A stretch of DNA of 39,854 bases, from positions 1 through 39,854 of the forward strand of contig JAWXAY010000073.1 in NCBI GenBank assembly GCA_034439715.1, in the 5' to 3' direction. This DNA comes from Pseudomonadota bacterium (GTDB taxonomy: Bacteria; Bdellovibrionota; Bdellovibrionia; Bdellovibrionales; SG-bin7). Under the pieces are notes generated by a model. The model saw nothing but the letters and a program-made list of their open reading frames with translations, was not told the DNA's origin and did not search any database. Each line of letters begins with the position of its first letter. Position 1 is the first letter of the stretch. Made by a program: the position numbers and the translations under genes. Shown piece after piece: positions 1 through 9,870 of the stretch.

Positions 1-101
1 CTACGTTGAACGATACATGCAATATATGCATTGGGAAAATACAAAAAAGAAATTACCAGCTATTTTTCTGGACCCGATGATGTCTCAAAATTTTTCACTA
101 A

Positions 102-977
102 TCACTTGTTATTTTTTAAATAGGCAATTAGCTCTCTGGGGTCGTCTGTAATTATACCGTCAACGCCCCAAGAAATTAATTTCTTCCAATCCTCTGCCTT
201 GTTAACTGTCCAAGGCGCTACTTTCACATTCAGTTTATGAAGCTCGTTAACATATTTTTGAGTTAAAAGTGACTGGTCTGGGCTGATAAAATCAGGTCTT
301 ACTTCTCGTGCGATTTTAATAAGGCTCGGAAAATTTTTCTCGACTAGGGCTGAAATACGAATGGTGGGTTCAAGTCCTCTAACAGCTTTCAATGTTCTAA
401 AATCAAAACTCTGCAAAACTGTTCTTGAGCCAAAACCATATTTATTAACTACGCTCATAACTAAACGGACAAACTCTTCAGGCGTAGGAGCGAGCCCGGG
501 GTTCTCGATTTCAATTTTGGTTTCAATATTAAACTGCACTGTTTTTGCTTGTTGTTTAGAAGATTTTTGAACCAAATCAAAAACCTCGGCGAGCGTTGGA
601 ATTTTTTGCCCCGGCTTCGGACTTTGCATGGGAAACTTTTTATTTTTAAGAGAACCGCAATCAAACTTTTTAAGTTCTTCAAAAGTTAGCGAGTATATAG
701 GGATTTTTTTTTCAACTCGGGCACCACTTTCGTATTGGCAAATATCAGAATTGATATATTGATCGTGAGTAACCACGACCACATTATCTTTAGTGACTCC
801 CGTGTCGAGCTCTAAGTAGTCCACTCCGGCATCCAAAGCTTCTTCGAAGGCAACAAGGGTGTTTTCTGGCAGCACTGCTCTGGCCCCCCGATGTCCGTGA
901 ACATCTATTTTAGCAATAGCTAGACCTCCCCAAATAAACACCCCGCCAATAAATAGTCCCGATAAGCCGATTTTCAA
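102..977 (-). CDS. Glycerophosphodiester phosphodiesterase (GDPD family), likely exported
   Basis: Motifs HGHRG, PENTL, ELD, THD, NIETK, QSFD, WTVN, GIITD; hydrophobic N-terminus; start overlaps the upstream receiver gene's stop. Confidence 0.93.
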   Translation of the reverse strand: MKIGLSGLFIGGVFIWGGLAIAKIDVHGHRGARAVLPENTLVAFEEALDAGVDYLELDTGVTKDNVVVVTHDQYINSDICQYESGARVEKKIPIYSLTFEELKKFDCGSLKNKKFPMQSPKPGQKIPTLAEVFDLVQKSSKQQAKTVQFNIETKIEIENPGLAPTPEEFVRLVMSVVNKYGFGSRTVLQSFDFRTLKAVRGLEPTIRISALVEKNFPSLIKIAREVRPDFISPDQSLLTQKYVNELHKLNVKVAPWTVNKAEDWKKLISWGVDGIITDDPRELIAYLKNNK

Positions 978-1402
978 AATATATCCATACCCTTCACTTT
1001 AGCAATAATGCCGTTCCAACGGTCAATAATTTCAATCGCCCTCGCCATGACCGCATCTAGATCAGCAAAACTGCCAAAAGGTTTAAATACAAAATCAAGC
1101 GCACCAAGCGCTTGGCAAGCTGCCACGTCTTTTATGGCAGAATCTCCCGTAATCATAATGACCACAGTCTCGCCCCGCTCTCTTTTTATATCTCTCAGTA
1201 AGTCAACACCTGTTTTTTCGGGCATCTTGACATCCGTTAAAACAATATCAAATGTACCAGACTTAAATTTTGCCAAAGCTTCCTTCGCGGATCCGGCTAT
1301 CTCTATTTTGTCAAAACCACGCCAATTTAGATGGGTCTTTACCACTTCACATATGTCAGTATCATCATCAACAATTAACAAACGTAAATTACTTTTTGCC
1401 AT
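974..1402 (-). CDS. Single-domain response regulator receiver
   Basis: LIVDDD, phosphoacceptor in LTDVKMP, MITG, FVFKPF. Confidence 0.92.
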   Translation of the reverse strand: MAKSNLRLLIVDDDTDICEVVKTHLNWRGFDKIEIAGSAKEALAKFKSGTFDIVLTDVKMPEKTGVDLLRDIKRERGETVVIMITGDSAIKDVAACQALGALDFVFKPFGSFADLDAVMARAIEIIDRWNGIIAKVKGMDIF

Positions 1403-1465
1403 ATAAACCTACCCTTTTTACCAAACTACAATAAAATATAAGTTAAAACAAATAGGAAACATGTC

Positions 1466-2101
1466 ATGAAGCCAAAGTTAATTTTCATTTTACTCTTGGT
1501 CTCCCTCAAAACTTACGGAGAAAAGGTTAATGTTAGCCAATTTTCTGAGCAAGGAATCGAAGGCTGGAAAACAAAGATTTTTGAGAGCGAAACAGTTTAT
1601 AAAGTAACTGATTATCAAGGCGCCAAGTATGTTCAAGCCATAAGCAACAAAAGTGCCTCGGGTCTAACAAGAGAGCTTAAAGTAAATTTGGAGACCACAC
1701 CCTTTTTGAATTGGTCTTGGATCATTACTGAGATTTTGAATGGCAATGATGAACGTAAAAAATCGGGTGATGATTTTGCTGCTCGAATATATGTCATAGC
1801 TAAAACGGGTTTCGGCATTTGGAATACCGCCGCCATAAACTATGTTTGGTCAAATAAAAGTCTTGTGGGAGAATTTTGGCCCAATCCCTTTACCTCAAAG
1901 GCTGTCATGTATAGTGTCGAACAAGGGGTCGCCGGCTTAGGAAAAATCAAATCCTACAAACAAAATATCCGTGAAGATTTTAAGCGCACTTTTAAGAAGG
2001 ATATAAAAAAGATAGAGGCCATCGCGATCATGACAGACAGTGATAATTCTCAAAAGCAAGCAAAGGCCCTTTACGGTGAGATCTTTTTTACGTCGGAATG
2101 A
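1466..2101 (+). CDS. DUF3047 family secreted protein
   Basis: Signal peptide; TPFLNWSW, DDFAARIYV, INYVW, IAIMTDSDNS motifs. Confidence 0.85.
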   Translation: MKPKLIFILLLVSLKTYGEKVNVSQFSEQGIEGWKTKIFESETVYKVTDYQGAKYVQAISNKSASGLTRELKVNLETTPFLNWSWIITEILNGNDERKKSGDDFAARIYVIAKTGFGIWNTAAINYVWSNKSLVGEFWPNPFTSKAVMYSVEQGVAGLGKIKSYKQNIREDFKRTFKKDIKKIEAIAIMTDSDNSQKQAKALYGEIFFTSE

Positions 2102-4728
2102 TAACTGACCCTGTGTTGTTTCATTTGATCGAACCTCAAACGAAACTTGTCCCCCGACTCATCTTTGAGGAGTGGCACGCAATAGCCAAATACGATACCC
2201 AATTCATCATTCCAGCTGGTTTTCACTTCCTGCTTCCATGGATTTTCTTTTTTAGCAGGCAAACTGCCCCGAGGAATTTCACCGACAGAAGACACCTCTC
2301 GTAAGCTTGAGAGATTTTGGTCAAAAAGCGGAATAAACGACTGTCGCTTTAAATCAATCCCCATAGTGCAGAGTTCCCGCTCGATCCCCGTCTTAGTTTT
2401 CTTTTGATAAATAGTTTCAATACCATAATTGATCCAGCGAGTTTGGTCCTTGCTTTGGTCTTTGTCATAGAATACGGCGGCAAGAGGTCTCAAGAGCTCT
2501 AATGTTTGATCCTTTTTGCTGACCTCAAATTCGAAACCAAGCGTTTTCAGTTTTGCCGACAATTTTCCTTTAACATTACTCACCATTTCAAGATCCGAAA
2601 ACATACGGTAGGATTTGAATTTGTCGCTCTTAAGTACGTTTGTCAGGTGCTCAAATGTATAATATTGATCTTCGAGAACCATGTCAGATAGCATATATCG
2701 TTCAAAATTGGTGGCTTCGATGGCGCGACTTGCTCGCTGTTTATTAGCAAAACGAGAAATACAGATAGTGCCAGTCGGCCCATTGTTACAGTAATTGTAC
2801 ACTACCCTAGAATCAAAAAGGTCCCAAGTACGAACACGCCATTCCCGATTCATTTCATCTTTAATCACACTCATATCATTGATAGGCCAAATAAACTCAC
2901 TCATTGTAAATGATTTATGTGATATGGGCCGAATGAAGGGGAAGACCTTTGTGTCAATTAATAACCCCTGATTACCAAGCGTTATATGTTTATAGGTATC
3001 ATCGCTGACGACTTCGGTTTTCTCGTCTACAATTTCACCGTCAGTTTTCATAAAAAAATCATAGACATCATACTGATAGCCAATGCGATTTTTATCCTCG
3101 GTATCGATCTTAGAACTATAATAGGTGTAGCCCTTTGGAATTTTTGCAAAATCGATATTGTTTTTGATCTTGGCCATCGGAATATCTAACGAACCGTACA
3201 GGTAGGACCCACTTTTTTGAAATTCGTTAAGTGCCATTTTAAACGTATCATAATTGCCAGAAACCTTAAGATATGAAACTTCTGGAGCCAATACGCCGCT
3301 TTCGGTTAGTACAAAATTGAGATCTTTTCTTGTCGGATAAATTGAAACAAAGATTGGTAATTTTTTATTAACCCGGGTTTCCCAAATCTCGCCGGGAACA
3401 TCTTTACTTGATAAAATGTCATATACCTTTTTAAATTTTTCTTGAACTAAGCTATCTATACCCCTGACCGTTTCAGAAATAAATTTAGTAACTTCTGCAG
3501 GGACCTCAACTTCATACTCAAATTTTGCCAATTCTTCGCCGACCTCAGGATACTCATCGACGGATAAGGGAATAGGGTATCCCAAACCATAAATGAGGGC
3601 AACCCGCTGGTCAGTCACGCCCCTATAGTAATCGACTCCGCCACCAATGTTTAAGACTTTTTTAGGTGTTTGATCCAAAACAAATTTTTTGAATCCCTCT
3701 CTTAATTCTAAAACGTCAGTGCCCAAGTTATAGTTTTCTGATTGATTTTTTGCAAACACAAGAGCGATGATTTTGCCTTGCTCATCAACTAAGGGACCAC
3801 CAGAATTACCTGGGCTCGCTGCCGCTGAGTATCGTAAAAACTTAATTTTCGGGTGGTTGGGATCCCAAGTTTCGCCAGCGATAATGCCATCGCGAATAGC
3901 AATTCCCTCCCCGCCGACATTTCCGAGGGTAAAAACTTTTTGTCCAACATGGTACGTTTCGGCGAATTCTAAAAACTCATATTGGGCCAGCGTTGGCACC
4001 TCCAGGAAGAGAAAGTCTTTATTACTATCAAACCCTAAAATTCTTGAGGCCTTATGTTGTTTGCCATCGCTTGTTTTGATTTGAAATTTTTCGGTCATAT
4101 TTAGATCGCTGGAGAAATGAAAGCAGTGATGAGCCGTTAAAACTACTTTTGGGGCGACAATGAATCCGGTGCAATAACCAATACTATCAACAAAATCCTT
4201 ATCCTCAAGTTTACCGTAGGTCTTTACCTGATTCTCTACGTCAATACTTCGCTCAAGTTCAAATTCAACAACTTTGGCTCGGGCGAATTTTAAAATCTGC
4301 CCAGAATCCATTGGTAAGTTCCGTAAATAACCAAAATAGACAGCGGCAGCCACACCTAAAATAAACAGGCTAAGGCCCACTGATAATAGTGGCCCACTAT
4401 GAAATCTTGACTTCGCTTGTGGATTCGCTAGACGATGAAGGTCAATGACTCCCGTAGGCGAGTCATGCAGTTGGTCTTCCCAAAAAAATTCTAGGCCCTC
4501 AGGCGTTCGTAAATGATCCTCTTGAGAAATCAAATATTTCACCTGTGTCTTTTGATTCTCAAAATACCAGTTACCGTTGTCGTGGTAAATTTTGCCGAAT
4601 TCTCGGCTCATCATAATATTCATGATAACAATGTTGTTTTCTTTAGCTCTACCCACCATGTAGGTATGGTTCGAGTTGGGCTCAATTGTTGTTACAAGCA
4701 GACCACGGTAAAAAACTGTTAATTTCAA
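2071..4728 (-). CDS. Membrane-anchored trypsin-like (S1) serine protease with N-terminal FHA-like domain and long unknown C-terminal region
   Basis: VGRAKENNIVI..MSR FHA-like segment; TM helix LLSVGLSLFILGVAAAVYFGYL; triad LTAHHC / KDFLFL / GNSGGP; start placed at TTG 4728 after RBS AAGGAG (track start 4782). Confidence 0.8.
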   Translation of the reverse strand: MKLTVFYRGLLVTTIEPNSNHTYMVGRAKENNIVIMNIMMSREFGKIYHDNGNWYFENQKTQVKYLISQEDHLRTPEGLEFFWEDQLHDSPTGVIDLHRLANPQAKSRFHSGPLLSVGLSLFILGVAAAVYFGYLRNLPMDSGQILKFARAKVVEFELERSIDVENQVKTYGKLEDKDFVDSIGYCTGFIVAPKVVLTAHHCFHFSSDLNMTEKFQIKTSDGKQHKASRILGFDSNKDFLFLEVPTLAQYEFLEFAETYHVGQKVFTLGNVGGEGIAIRDGIIAGETWDPNHPKIKFLRYSAAASPGNSGGPLVDEQGKIIALVFAKNQSENYNLGTDVLELREGFKKFVLDQTPKKVLNIGGGVDYYRGVTDQRVALIYGLGYPIPLSVDEYPEVGEELAKFEYEVEVPAEVTKFISETVRGIDSLVQEKFKKVYDILSSKDVPGEIWETRVNKKLPIFVSIYPTRKDLNFVLTESGVLAPEVSYLKVSGNYDTFKMALNEFQKSGSYLYGSLDIPMAKIKNNIDFAKIPKGYTYYSSKIDTEDKNRIGYQYDVYDFFMKTDGEIVDEKTEVVSDDTYKHITLGNQGLLIDTKVFPFIRPISHKSFTMSEFIWPINDMSVIKDEMNREWRVRTWDLFDSRVVYNYCNNGPTGTICISRFANKQRASRAIEATNFERYMLSDMVLEDQYYTFEHLTNVLKSDKFKSYRMFSDLEMVSNVKGKLSAKLKTLGFEFEVSKKDQTLELLRPLAAVFYDKDQSKDQTRWINYGIETIYQKKTKTGIERELCTMGIDLKRQSFIPLFDQNLSSLREVSSVGEIPRGSLPAKKENPWKQEVKTSWNDELGIVFGYCVPLLKDESGDKFRLRFDQMKQHRVSYHSDVKKISP

Positions 4729-4938
4729 ATTCACTCCTTGTGATATTCTAATATCGTAAATCAAGCGCCACCTGATTGTCATAGAACCTGGCTCTCATCT
4801 AGACTTTAGATTTTTCGAATTTATGCTGGCTAGATTAACAAAATAATGCCACACGTTATGTCTGCGAGTTTTCTGGGGATTTTTTGGGGATTTTCGGAGT
4901 ATCTTGCGCGAGATATACGTTAGATGTTCTCTAGGAAC

Positions 4939-6072
4939 TCAAGCATATCTGTAGGCCAAGGCGATAGTTGCGCGCCACTCACTATACGCCTTACGAAACT
5001 CTAGTTTTGCCTCTCGAATTTCTTTTTTCAGATTTTCTACTCTTTGTGTATTGTTCTCGTGAACTTGCCTTTTGAATTCCCCATACTCAGCTTTTAGCTG
5101 TCGAATGCGAGTTTTAGTGTCTATAATTTTTATTTGAAGGCTCTCAAGGTATTCACGTACAAATTCAAAACTATCAGGGCTGCGAGTGGCCAAAACCTGT
5201 TTTTCACGCAGAAGTTTTGCGCGCAATATAACAGCCTCATTAACCCTTTTTAATTGATTTGCTCCGCCCACATAAGACATCGTGCGAATCAGCCACTTGG
5301 TCGGGTCCCAGTGGAACCATCGGACACCATTTCGATAATCGCTTTCAAAAGTATGGTGAAAATTATGATAGCCCTCACCATAAGTAAAAAAAGCGAGAAG
5401 CAAACTATCACGCGAAGAATGCTTTTCCGAATAAGTTTGGGAACCCCAATAATGAGCGATAGAATTTATTAAAAAAATCAAATGATGAACCACTACGACT
5501 CTCAAAAGGCCGCCAAAAACAAAGCCGCCGAGAGTAGAACCCATAAAATAGCCAATTAACGTTGGAAGGCCTAACCCAACCATAATAGATAGTGGCCAAT
5601 AATATTTGTGTTGCCATTGAACTCTGGGGTTTTGACTTAAATCTTTAACATTATCCAGATTTCGTTCATTAAACGAATCCTTATAGAGAACCCAGCCAAT
5701 GTGAGCAAAAAATAATCCCCGATTAATGTTATAGGGATCATTATCAGTATCAACATGAAGGTGGTGCCTGCGGTGGTCATCAGACCAAGTTAAAGCTGAG
5801 TTTTGAAAGGACGCAGCTCCGAAAATTAAATAGACAAGTTCAAGCCAAGGTTGAGCTTTGTAGGTACGATGAGAAAAAAGCCGGTGGTATCCTGCCGTCA
5901 AGGACAGTCCCGTTATGACATAGAAGGCAAAAAATAAAACTAAAAAATAGGGATTAAACCCCTCGTGAACAAAATGAACGGCCATCAAAATAACGGCAAT
6001 TATGGGCGAGCCCATCAAAAAAGCCACGTTTCGCCAATCGAGCTCTGGTTGTTTTGGTTTGATTTCCTGCAA
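4939..6072 (-). CDS. Acyl-CoA (delta-9) fatty acid desaturase with C-terminal coiled coil
   Basis: Histidine boxes GYHRLFSH, HRRHH, GEGYHNFHH; DPTKWLI; TM segments; TTG start after GAGG. Confidence 0.93.
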   Translation of the reverse strand: MQEIKPKQPELDWRNVAFLMGSPIIAVILMAVHFVHEGFNPYFLVLFFAFYVITGLSLTAGYHRLFSHRTYKAQPWLELVYLIFGAASFQNSALTWSDDHRRHHLHVDTDNDPYNINRGLFFAHIGWVLYKDSFNERNLDNVKDLSQNPRVQWQHKYYWPLSIMVGLGLPTLIGYFMGSTLGGFVFGGLLRVVVVHHLIFLINSIAHYWGSQTYSEKHSSRDSLLLAFFTYGEGYHNFHHTFESDYRNGVRWFHWDPTKWLIRTMSYVGGANQLKRVNEAVILRAKLLREKQVLATRSPDSFEFVREYLESLQIKIIDTKTRIRQLKAEYGEFKRQVHENNTQRVENLKKEIREAKLEFRKAYSEWRATIALAYRYA

Positions 6073-6333
6073 TTTTTTTACCTCATTACTTTTGTTTAAG
6101 CATGACAGATTTTTGGAGGTTTGGCTAGTCGGGTTTCAGCATGAATCAAAATGATAAAAAATCATTTTCATAAACAATTGGCTGACCGAGTGAAATTTTA
6201 GTTGGGACGACAGCAGACTTGGGTGTGTCCAATTCACATCTTGAGTTGTCGTTCTTAATAGCATAATAAACGCTTTGCTACAAAACTAGTCTAATTTGCT
6301 TAGCCAGGGGTACTACAGCCCAAGAACTTAGCT

Positions 6334-6360
6334 TAAGCTTTTGGGTTATTTAGCCGATAA
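6334..6360 (+). promoter_or_regulatory. sigma28 (FliA)-type promoter
   Basis: TAAG-N15-GCCGATAA, a perfect -10 octamer, 9 nt upstream of ATG 6370. Confidence 0.75.
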
Positions 6361-6369
6361 AATCTTATA

Positions 6370-8235
6370 ATGAGTCACTTGCCCTTGTTAGTCCTTCCCA
6401 CACTTCTTTTATTTATGGCCTCTCCCAGTTTTGCTTTCCTCGAAAAAAATTGGGTCAAGACCAATTCCATGTATTCAACCTACCCCGGGCTTAGCGTGAG
6501 CGCTCAAAAGTTAAAAAGGTATTTTCAGTTGGGAGATCAGGTAATTCCGCTGGCAACTATGACGATTGTGGAAATTAATAAGAAAAATATAAAAGCGGGT
6601 GATCCCGATATTATTAATATCGGGCTCGGCAACATGTTTGGTTTTAAATACTGGGATAAACGACAAGAGGGAAACGACTTCCGCTACATCGGAGTCAATC
6701 CTAAAGACCAGGGTCTAATGCAGGTCGCCTGGAAGTCCGAGAAAGATCGCTTTCTGTATGCTGTGGCCATAGTAGAAGGTGAAGCGCATAATCCGGTTGC
6801 CTATGAAGTCGAATACATGCAAAGGCAATTGTTAAAAGGTAGCAAATCCTTTGCTGCCATGGAATGGTGGAAGTTTTTTCTGGATATGTTTATGCTGCCA
6901 AGTGCGGTGGCCCAATCAAATGGTTCGAAAAATGTAAAAATAGCAGACTATTTTGGTAGCCCCGAAGAAGTTAACGCGCTTATAAACATTCTCAATGCTG
7001 ATGGTAACGTGTTCTCGCGCCTTTACGCCGATCTAAAGGACGCCTCAACGGGATTAGCTCAGGTGCCACCGAATCTAATCCCAGCGAGTGAAGACAGCGG
7101 TATTAGTGCCAGTGCGTTCAAGGAAATGTATGAAAGTATTAGTCCACAAAGAATGGTACAATCAATGGCAGTCGGCGCAGCGGTTGCCCCGATGGCGATG
7201 GCTAGCTCCTGGGCCCTTGAAAATATAGATAAAATTTATCTAGGCCTCAAAGAATTTATCACTAAAGAAAAAGCCAACCTCAAGCTACTTGAAGACTCCG
7301 CTAACCATCACAAAAATTATTATATGAATTCCTTAAATAATGAAAGGGCCGATGCTTTTAAGGAAAGTCTGACAAAACTTAAATTGGCACTCGACAGACT
7401 GAAGTTTACTCAACTGGATCTGGCTACAATTGGTAATAAAATAACCGTCTACAAAAGGTTCCGTGAAAAATATGGTAAGTGTCAAGAAGATTTGCAGAAA
7501 CACAGACTCAATGATCTCATTGAAGCTCTCGAGAAACTAAATATCTATCAAGAAAATGGTACTCTTAAAAAATTTAAAATTTGCAAATCAATTAAAAATT
7601 TAGGCGTGTATATTAACGGAAATCTTATCGCCAAAGATGTGGCGCGCAGGGGCTACCTCTCCGCAATAAATCCTATATTGGATAATATGAGAACCACCAT
7701 GAGCGATGGCAAAAGCACAGCACAAAAGATTTCTGCTAGTGCTGATGATAGCTTCGCCAAAGCCAAAGTTGATGCTGAAAAACGATTAGTAGCCCTCGAA
7801 CAAACTTACGGTGAAAGACAAAAACAAAGAATAAAAGCCTGTGAAGAAAAACAAAAGGAAACCAAAAAAGGCAATCAAGAAATTACAGCCTACTGTTATG
7901 ATTACGATTTAAAAGAAGACCCCGTTGGCGTAAAAGAGTGGGGTTCCTATAAGTCTTCGTTTAAAAAACTTGATACAATAATAGATAACTTTAATCGGTC
8001 CGCGCTTTTCCTAAAAGAGGGGGGCAGCCTTGAAAATAATGAGCTCGAATTAACTGCCTATGAAAATTTGTCAGAAACAACCAGAAAAATGACTGAAGAA
8101 GGCTGTCTTGAACCCGGCGGAAAGTGTCCCTCGGGCCTCAACTCTGAAGGCTTAGATAGGGCTACCGAATATCTTAAAAAGAATCAGCTCAGCAGGGCTC
8201 AGCTTAAAAAGACCTGCCCTGAATTAGACCAATAA
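6370..8235 (+). CDS. Secreted hypothetical protein, helical C-terminal region with several Cys
   Basis: 621-aa ORF; signal peptide ending SFA; no recognisable family. Confidence 0.8.
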   Translation: MSHLPLLVLPTLLLFMASPSFAFLEKNWVKTNSMYSTYPGLSVSAQKLKRYFQLGDQVIPLATMTIVEINKKNIKAGDPDIINIGLGNMFGFKYWDKRQEGNDFRYIGVNPKDQGLMQVAWKSEKDRFLYAVAIVEGEAHNPVAYEVEYMQRQLLKGSKSFAAMEWWKFFLDMFMLPSAVAQSNGSKNVKIADYFGSPEEVNALINILNADGNVFSRLYADLKDASTGLAQVPPNLIPASEDSGISASAFKEMYESISPQRMVQSMAVGAAVAPMAMASSWALENIDKIYLGLKEFITKEKANLKLLEDSANHHKNYYMNSLNNERADAFKESLTKLKLALDRLKFTQLDLATIGNKITVYKRFREKYGKCQEDLQKHRLNDLIEALEKLNIYQENGTLKKFKICKSIKNLGVYINGNLIAKDVARRGYLSAINPILDNMRTTMSDGKSTAQKISASADDSFAKAKVDAEKRLVALEQTYGERQKQRIKACEEKQKETKKGNQEITAYCYDYDLKEDPVGVKEWGSYKSSFKKLDTIIDNFNRSALFLKEGGSLENNELELTAYENLSETTRKMTEEGCLEPGGKCPSGLNSEGLDRATEYLKKNQLSRAQLKKTCPELDQ

Positions 8236-8249
8236 ATCATCAGAGAAGT

Positions 8250-9107
8250 TTATTTAAGAATTCTTGGGGCCTTGTTTTTAACTTCCTGAACAACTTTTTT
8301 GTGAAGAGAGGTATAAAAAGCTTGCTGATAATAGCAAAAAAAGACCGGAGTTTTCATTGCTCGAAATCCTTTACTTACCTTTAAACCTTCAATCTGTTTT
8401 GCCAAATGGAGTGGAATGACCGCCCTTCCGGCACCATTTAAAACTCCATCAATAATCGAATAGATTTCATCAAAATAAGACCGACGCCACGATTTGGGAG
8501 GTCGGTCTTGAATATTAAAAAAATCTGCCGTCGTTGAGTCGTCGGAATCATGGTCCAAAAAGACATTGTCTCTAAAAATACCATTTTTAGGTTCAACCAG
8601 GACATTCTCTTCAGAACCTATTTCAATATTTTCAACACCGTGTTTTTCATAGGCCTTATTCAACAGAATAAAATCAGCTTGCCCCGTTTCAAGAAGTGCT
8701 GGGAGCTGCCGGACTTCTCTAGTTAAAAACTCAACTTGGACATCGAAGTTTTCCGACAGCAGGGGGGCAAGACTGGGAATGAGGACAGACCTAACCACTG
8801 TAGAAAAGCCTCCAATTTTTATCAGACCAGAGAGAGAATTGCTTTTTTGAGTTCGAATTTGTCCCAGGACCTCATCCTCAAGAGAGATCTTCATTTGACA
8901 ATAGCGAAGCATTCGTTGTCCCAGTTCCGTTAGTCTAATTCCTGATGATTCTCGAATGAACAAAGTGGAGCCAAGCTCTGATTCTAAATTTAATATTCTT
9001 TGGGAAAGAGCAGATTGGGTAATGTTGAGTTCCTTAGCCCCTCCAGAAAAACTTTGGGCCTTTGCCACTGCGACGAAGGCATCTAATTGGTTAGAGGGTA
9101 AGCTCAT
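8250..9107 (-). CDS. LysR family transcriptional regulator
   Basis: SFSGGAKELNITQSALSQRILNLESELGSTLFIR HTH; start moved to ATG 9107 (MSLPSNQL), giving a typical 285 aa. Confidence 0.93.
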   Translation of the reverse strand: MSLPSNQLDAFVAVAKAQSFSGGAKELNITQSALSQRILNLESELGSTLFIRESSGIRLTELGQRMLRYCQMKISLEDEVLGQIRTQKSNSLSGLIKIGGFSTVVRSVLIPSLAPLLSENFDVQVEFLTREVRQLPALLETGQADFILLNKAYEKHGVENIEIGSEENVLVEPKNGIFRDNVFLDHDSDDSTTADFFNIQDRPPKSWRRSYFDEIYSIIDGVLNGAGRAVIPLHLAKQIEGLKVSKGFRAMKTPVFFCYYQQAFYTSLHKKVVQEVKNKAPRILK

Positions 9108-9110
9108 GAC

Positions 9111-9127
9111 TATAAGATATATCGATA
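9111..9127. promoter_or_regulatory. Putative LysR T-N11-A autoregulatory box in the divergent promoter
   Basis: TATAAGATATATCGATA immediately upstream of the LysR start. Confidence 0.4.
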
Positions 9128-9214
9128 GGTATATTAAATCAATCAATTTTACTTTAAAGACTGTAAATGATACTTCTTTTTGCGAGGTTAAACAAAAAAA
9201 CAAAGGAGAAAACA

Positions 9215-9622
9215 ATGACAATGAATAAACTTTTTGGCTTTATGATTGCTGTAACTCTCTCAAGCCAAGCAATGGCCTATGGGCAGGATGAGTCGCCGCC
9301 ATTTGACATCATGGTTTGTGAGGCTGGGGACATTAGTGTCTATGTTGGTATTTATCACTACAGACAAACTCATGGTGCTGGCCCAGCAACCATTCAGGTA
9401 AACGGAGCTAATTTGTACGGTGGATGGATTTGGCAAGCTGCGGAGGAAGGGACTCGACTCACGGGTTATTACCATCTACATGTCAAAGCCAATAGCCAAA
9501 ATGGCTCAGGTCCCTTCTACCTTCGTACAATTTATAATCCATATTATAATGGAAAACTAAGTGGTGGATGGTTAGAAATGACCGGGGGTTCAGCTTCCGT
9601 TGAGTGCAAAATAATTAAATAA
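9215..9622 (+). CDS. Small secreted beta-rich hypothetical protein, divergent from LysR
   Basis: RBS AAAGGAG then ATG 9215; signal peptide ending AMA; two Cys (MVC...VEC). Confidence 0.8.
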   Translation: MTMNKLFGFMIAVTLSSQAMAYGQDESPPFDIMVCEAGDISVYVGIYHYRQTHGAGPATIQVNGANLYGGWIWQAAEEGTRLTGYYHLHVKANSQNGSGPFYLRTIYNPYYNGKLSGGWLEMTGGSASVECKIIK

Positions 9623-9636
9623 AATTAAATTAAGTA

Positions 9637-9658
9637 GGGCCTATCACCCGGTGGGCCC
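9637..9658 (+). terminator. GC-rich hairpin, possible terminator
   Basis: GGGCCTATC-ACCC-GGTGGGCCC stem (with G-U pairs) just after the stop; the U-tract is weak and offset. Confidence 0.4.
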
Positions 9659-9837
9659 GACCCTATGTTTTAAACAAATCTGATTTTGAGGCAAATTAAT
9701 CCCGATTTGGTAAACTCCTTAATTAATTCTCACTTAGAGATGCCTCATGATTTGTTTCTTTAAATGAATCTTGTACCAAAACAGTTAACTCGCTAATTTA
9801 ACTAGGCTATATGCAAAGGCCTTAGTCTATAATATGC

Positions 9838-9864
9838 TCAAGACTTTTGGCTAAGTACCGACAA
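9838..9864 (+). promoter_or_regulatory. sigma28-like promoter
   Basis: TCAAG-N14-ACCGACAA, 6 nt upstream of ATG 9871. Confidence 0.55.
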
Positions 9865-9870
9865 GTACTT

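Noticed and set aside
2..151. Open frame at the window start (YVERYMQYMHWENTKKKLP...)
   Set aside because: Too short and edge-truncated to call; could be the end of an upstream gene
1008..1406. Antisense and alternate-frame ORFs in the track (e.g. 1008-1406, 19258-19704, 32689-33099, 38169-38462)
   Set aside because: Shadows of well-supported genes with no motifs or RBS
4874..4894. TGGGGATTTT direct repeat x2 upstream of the protease gene
   Set aside because: Low-complexity, only two copies, no supporting context
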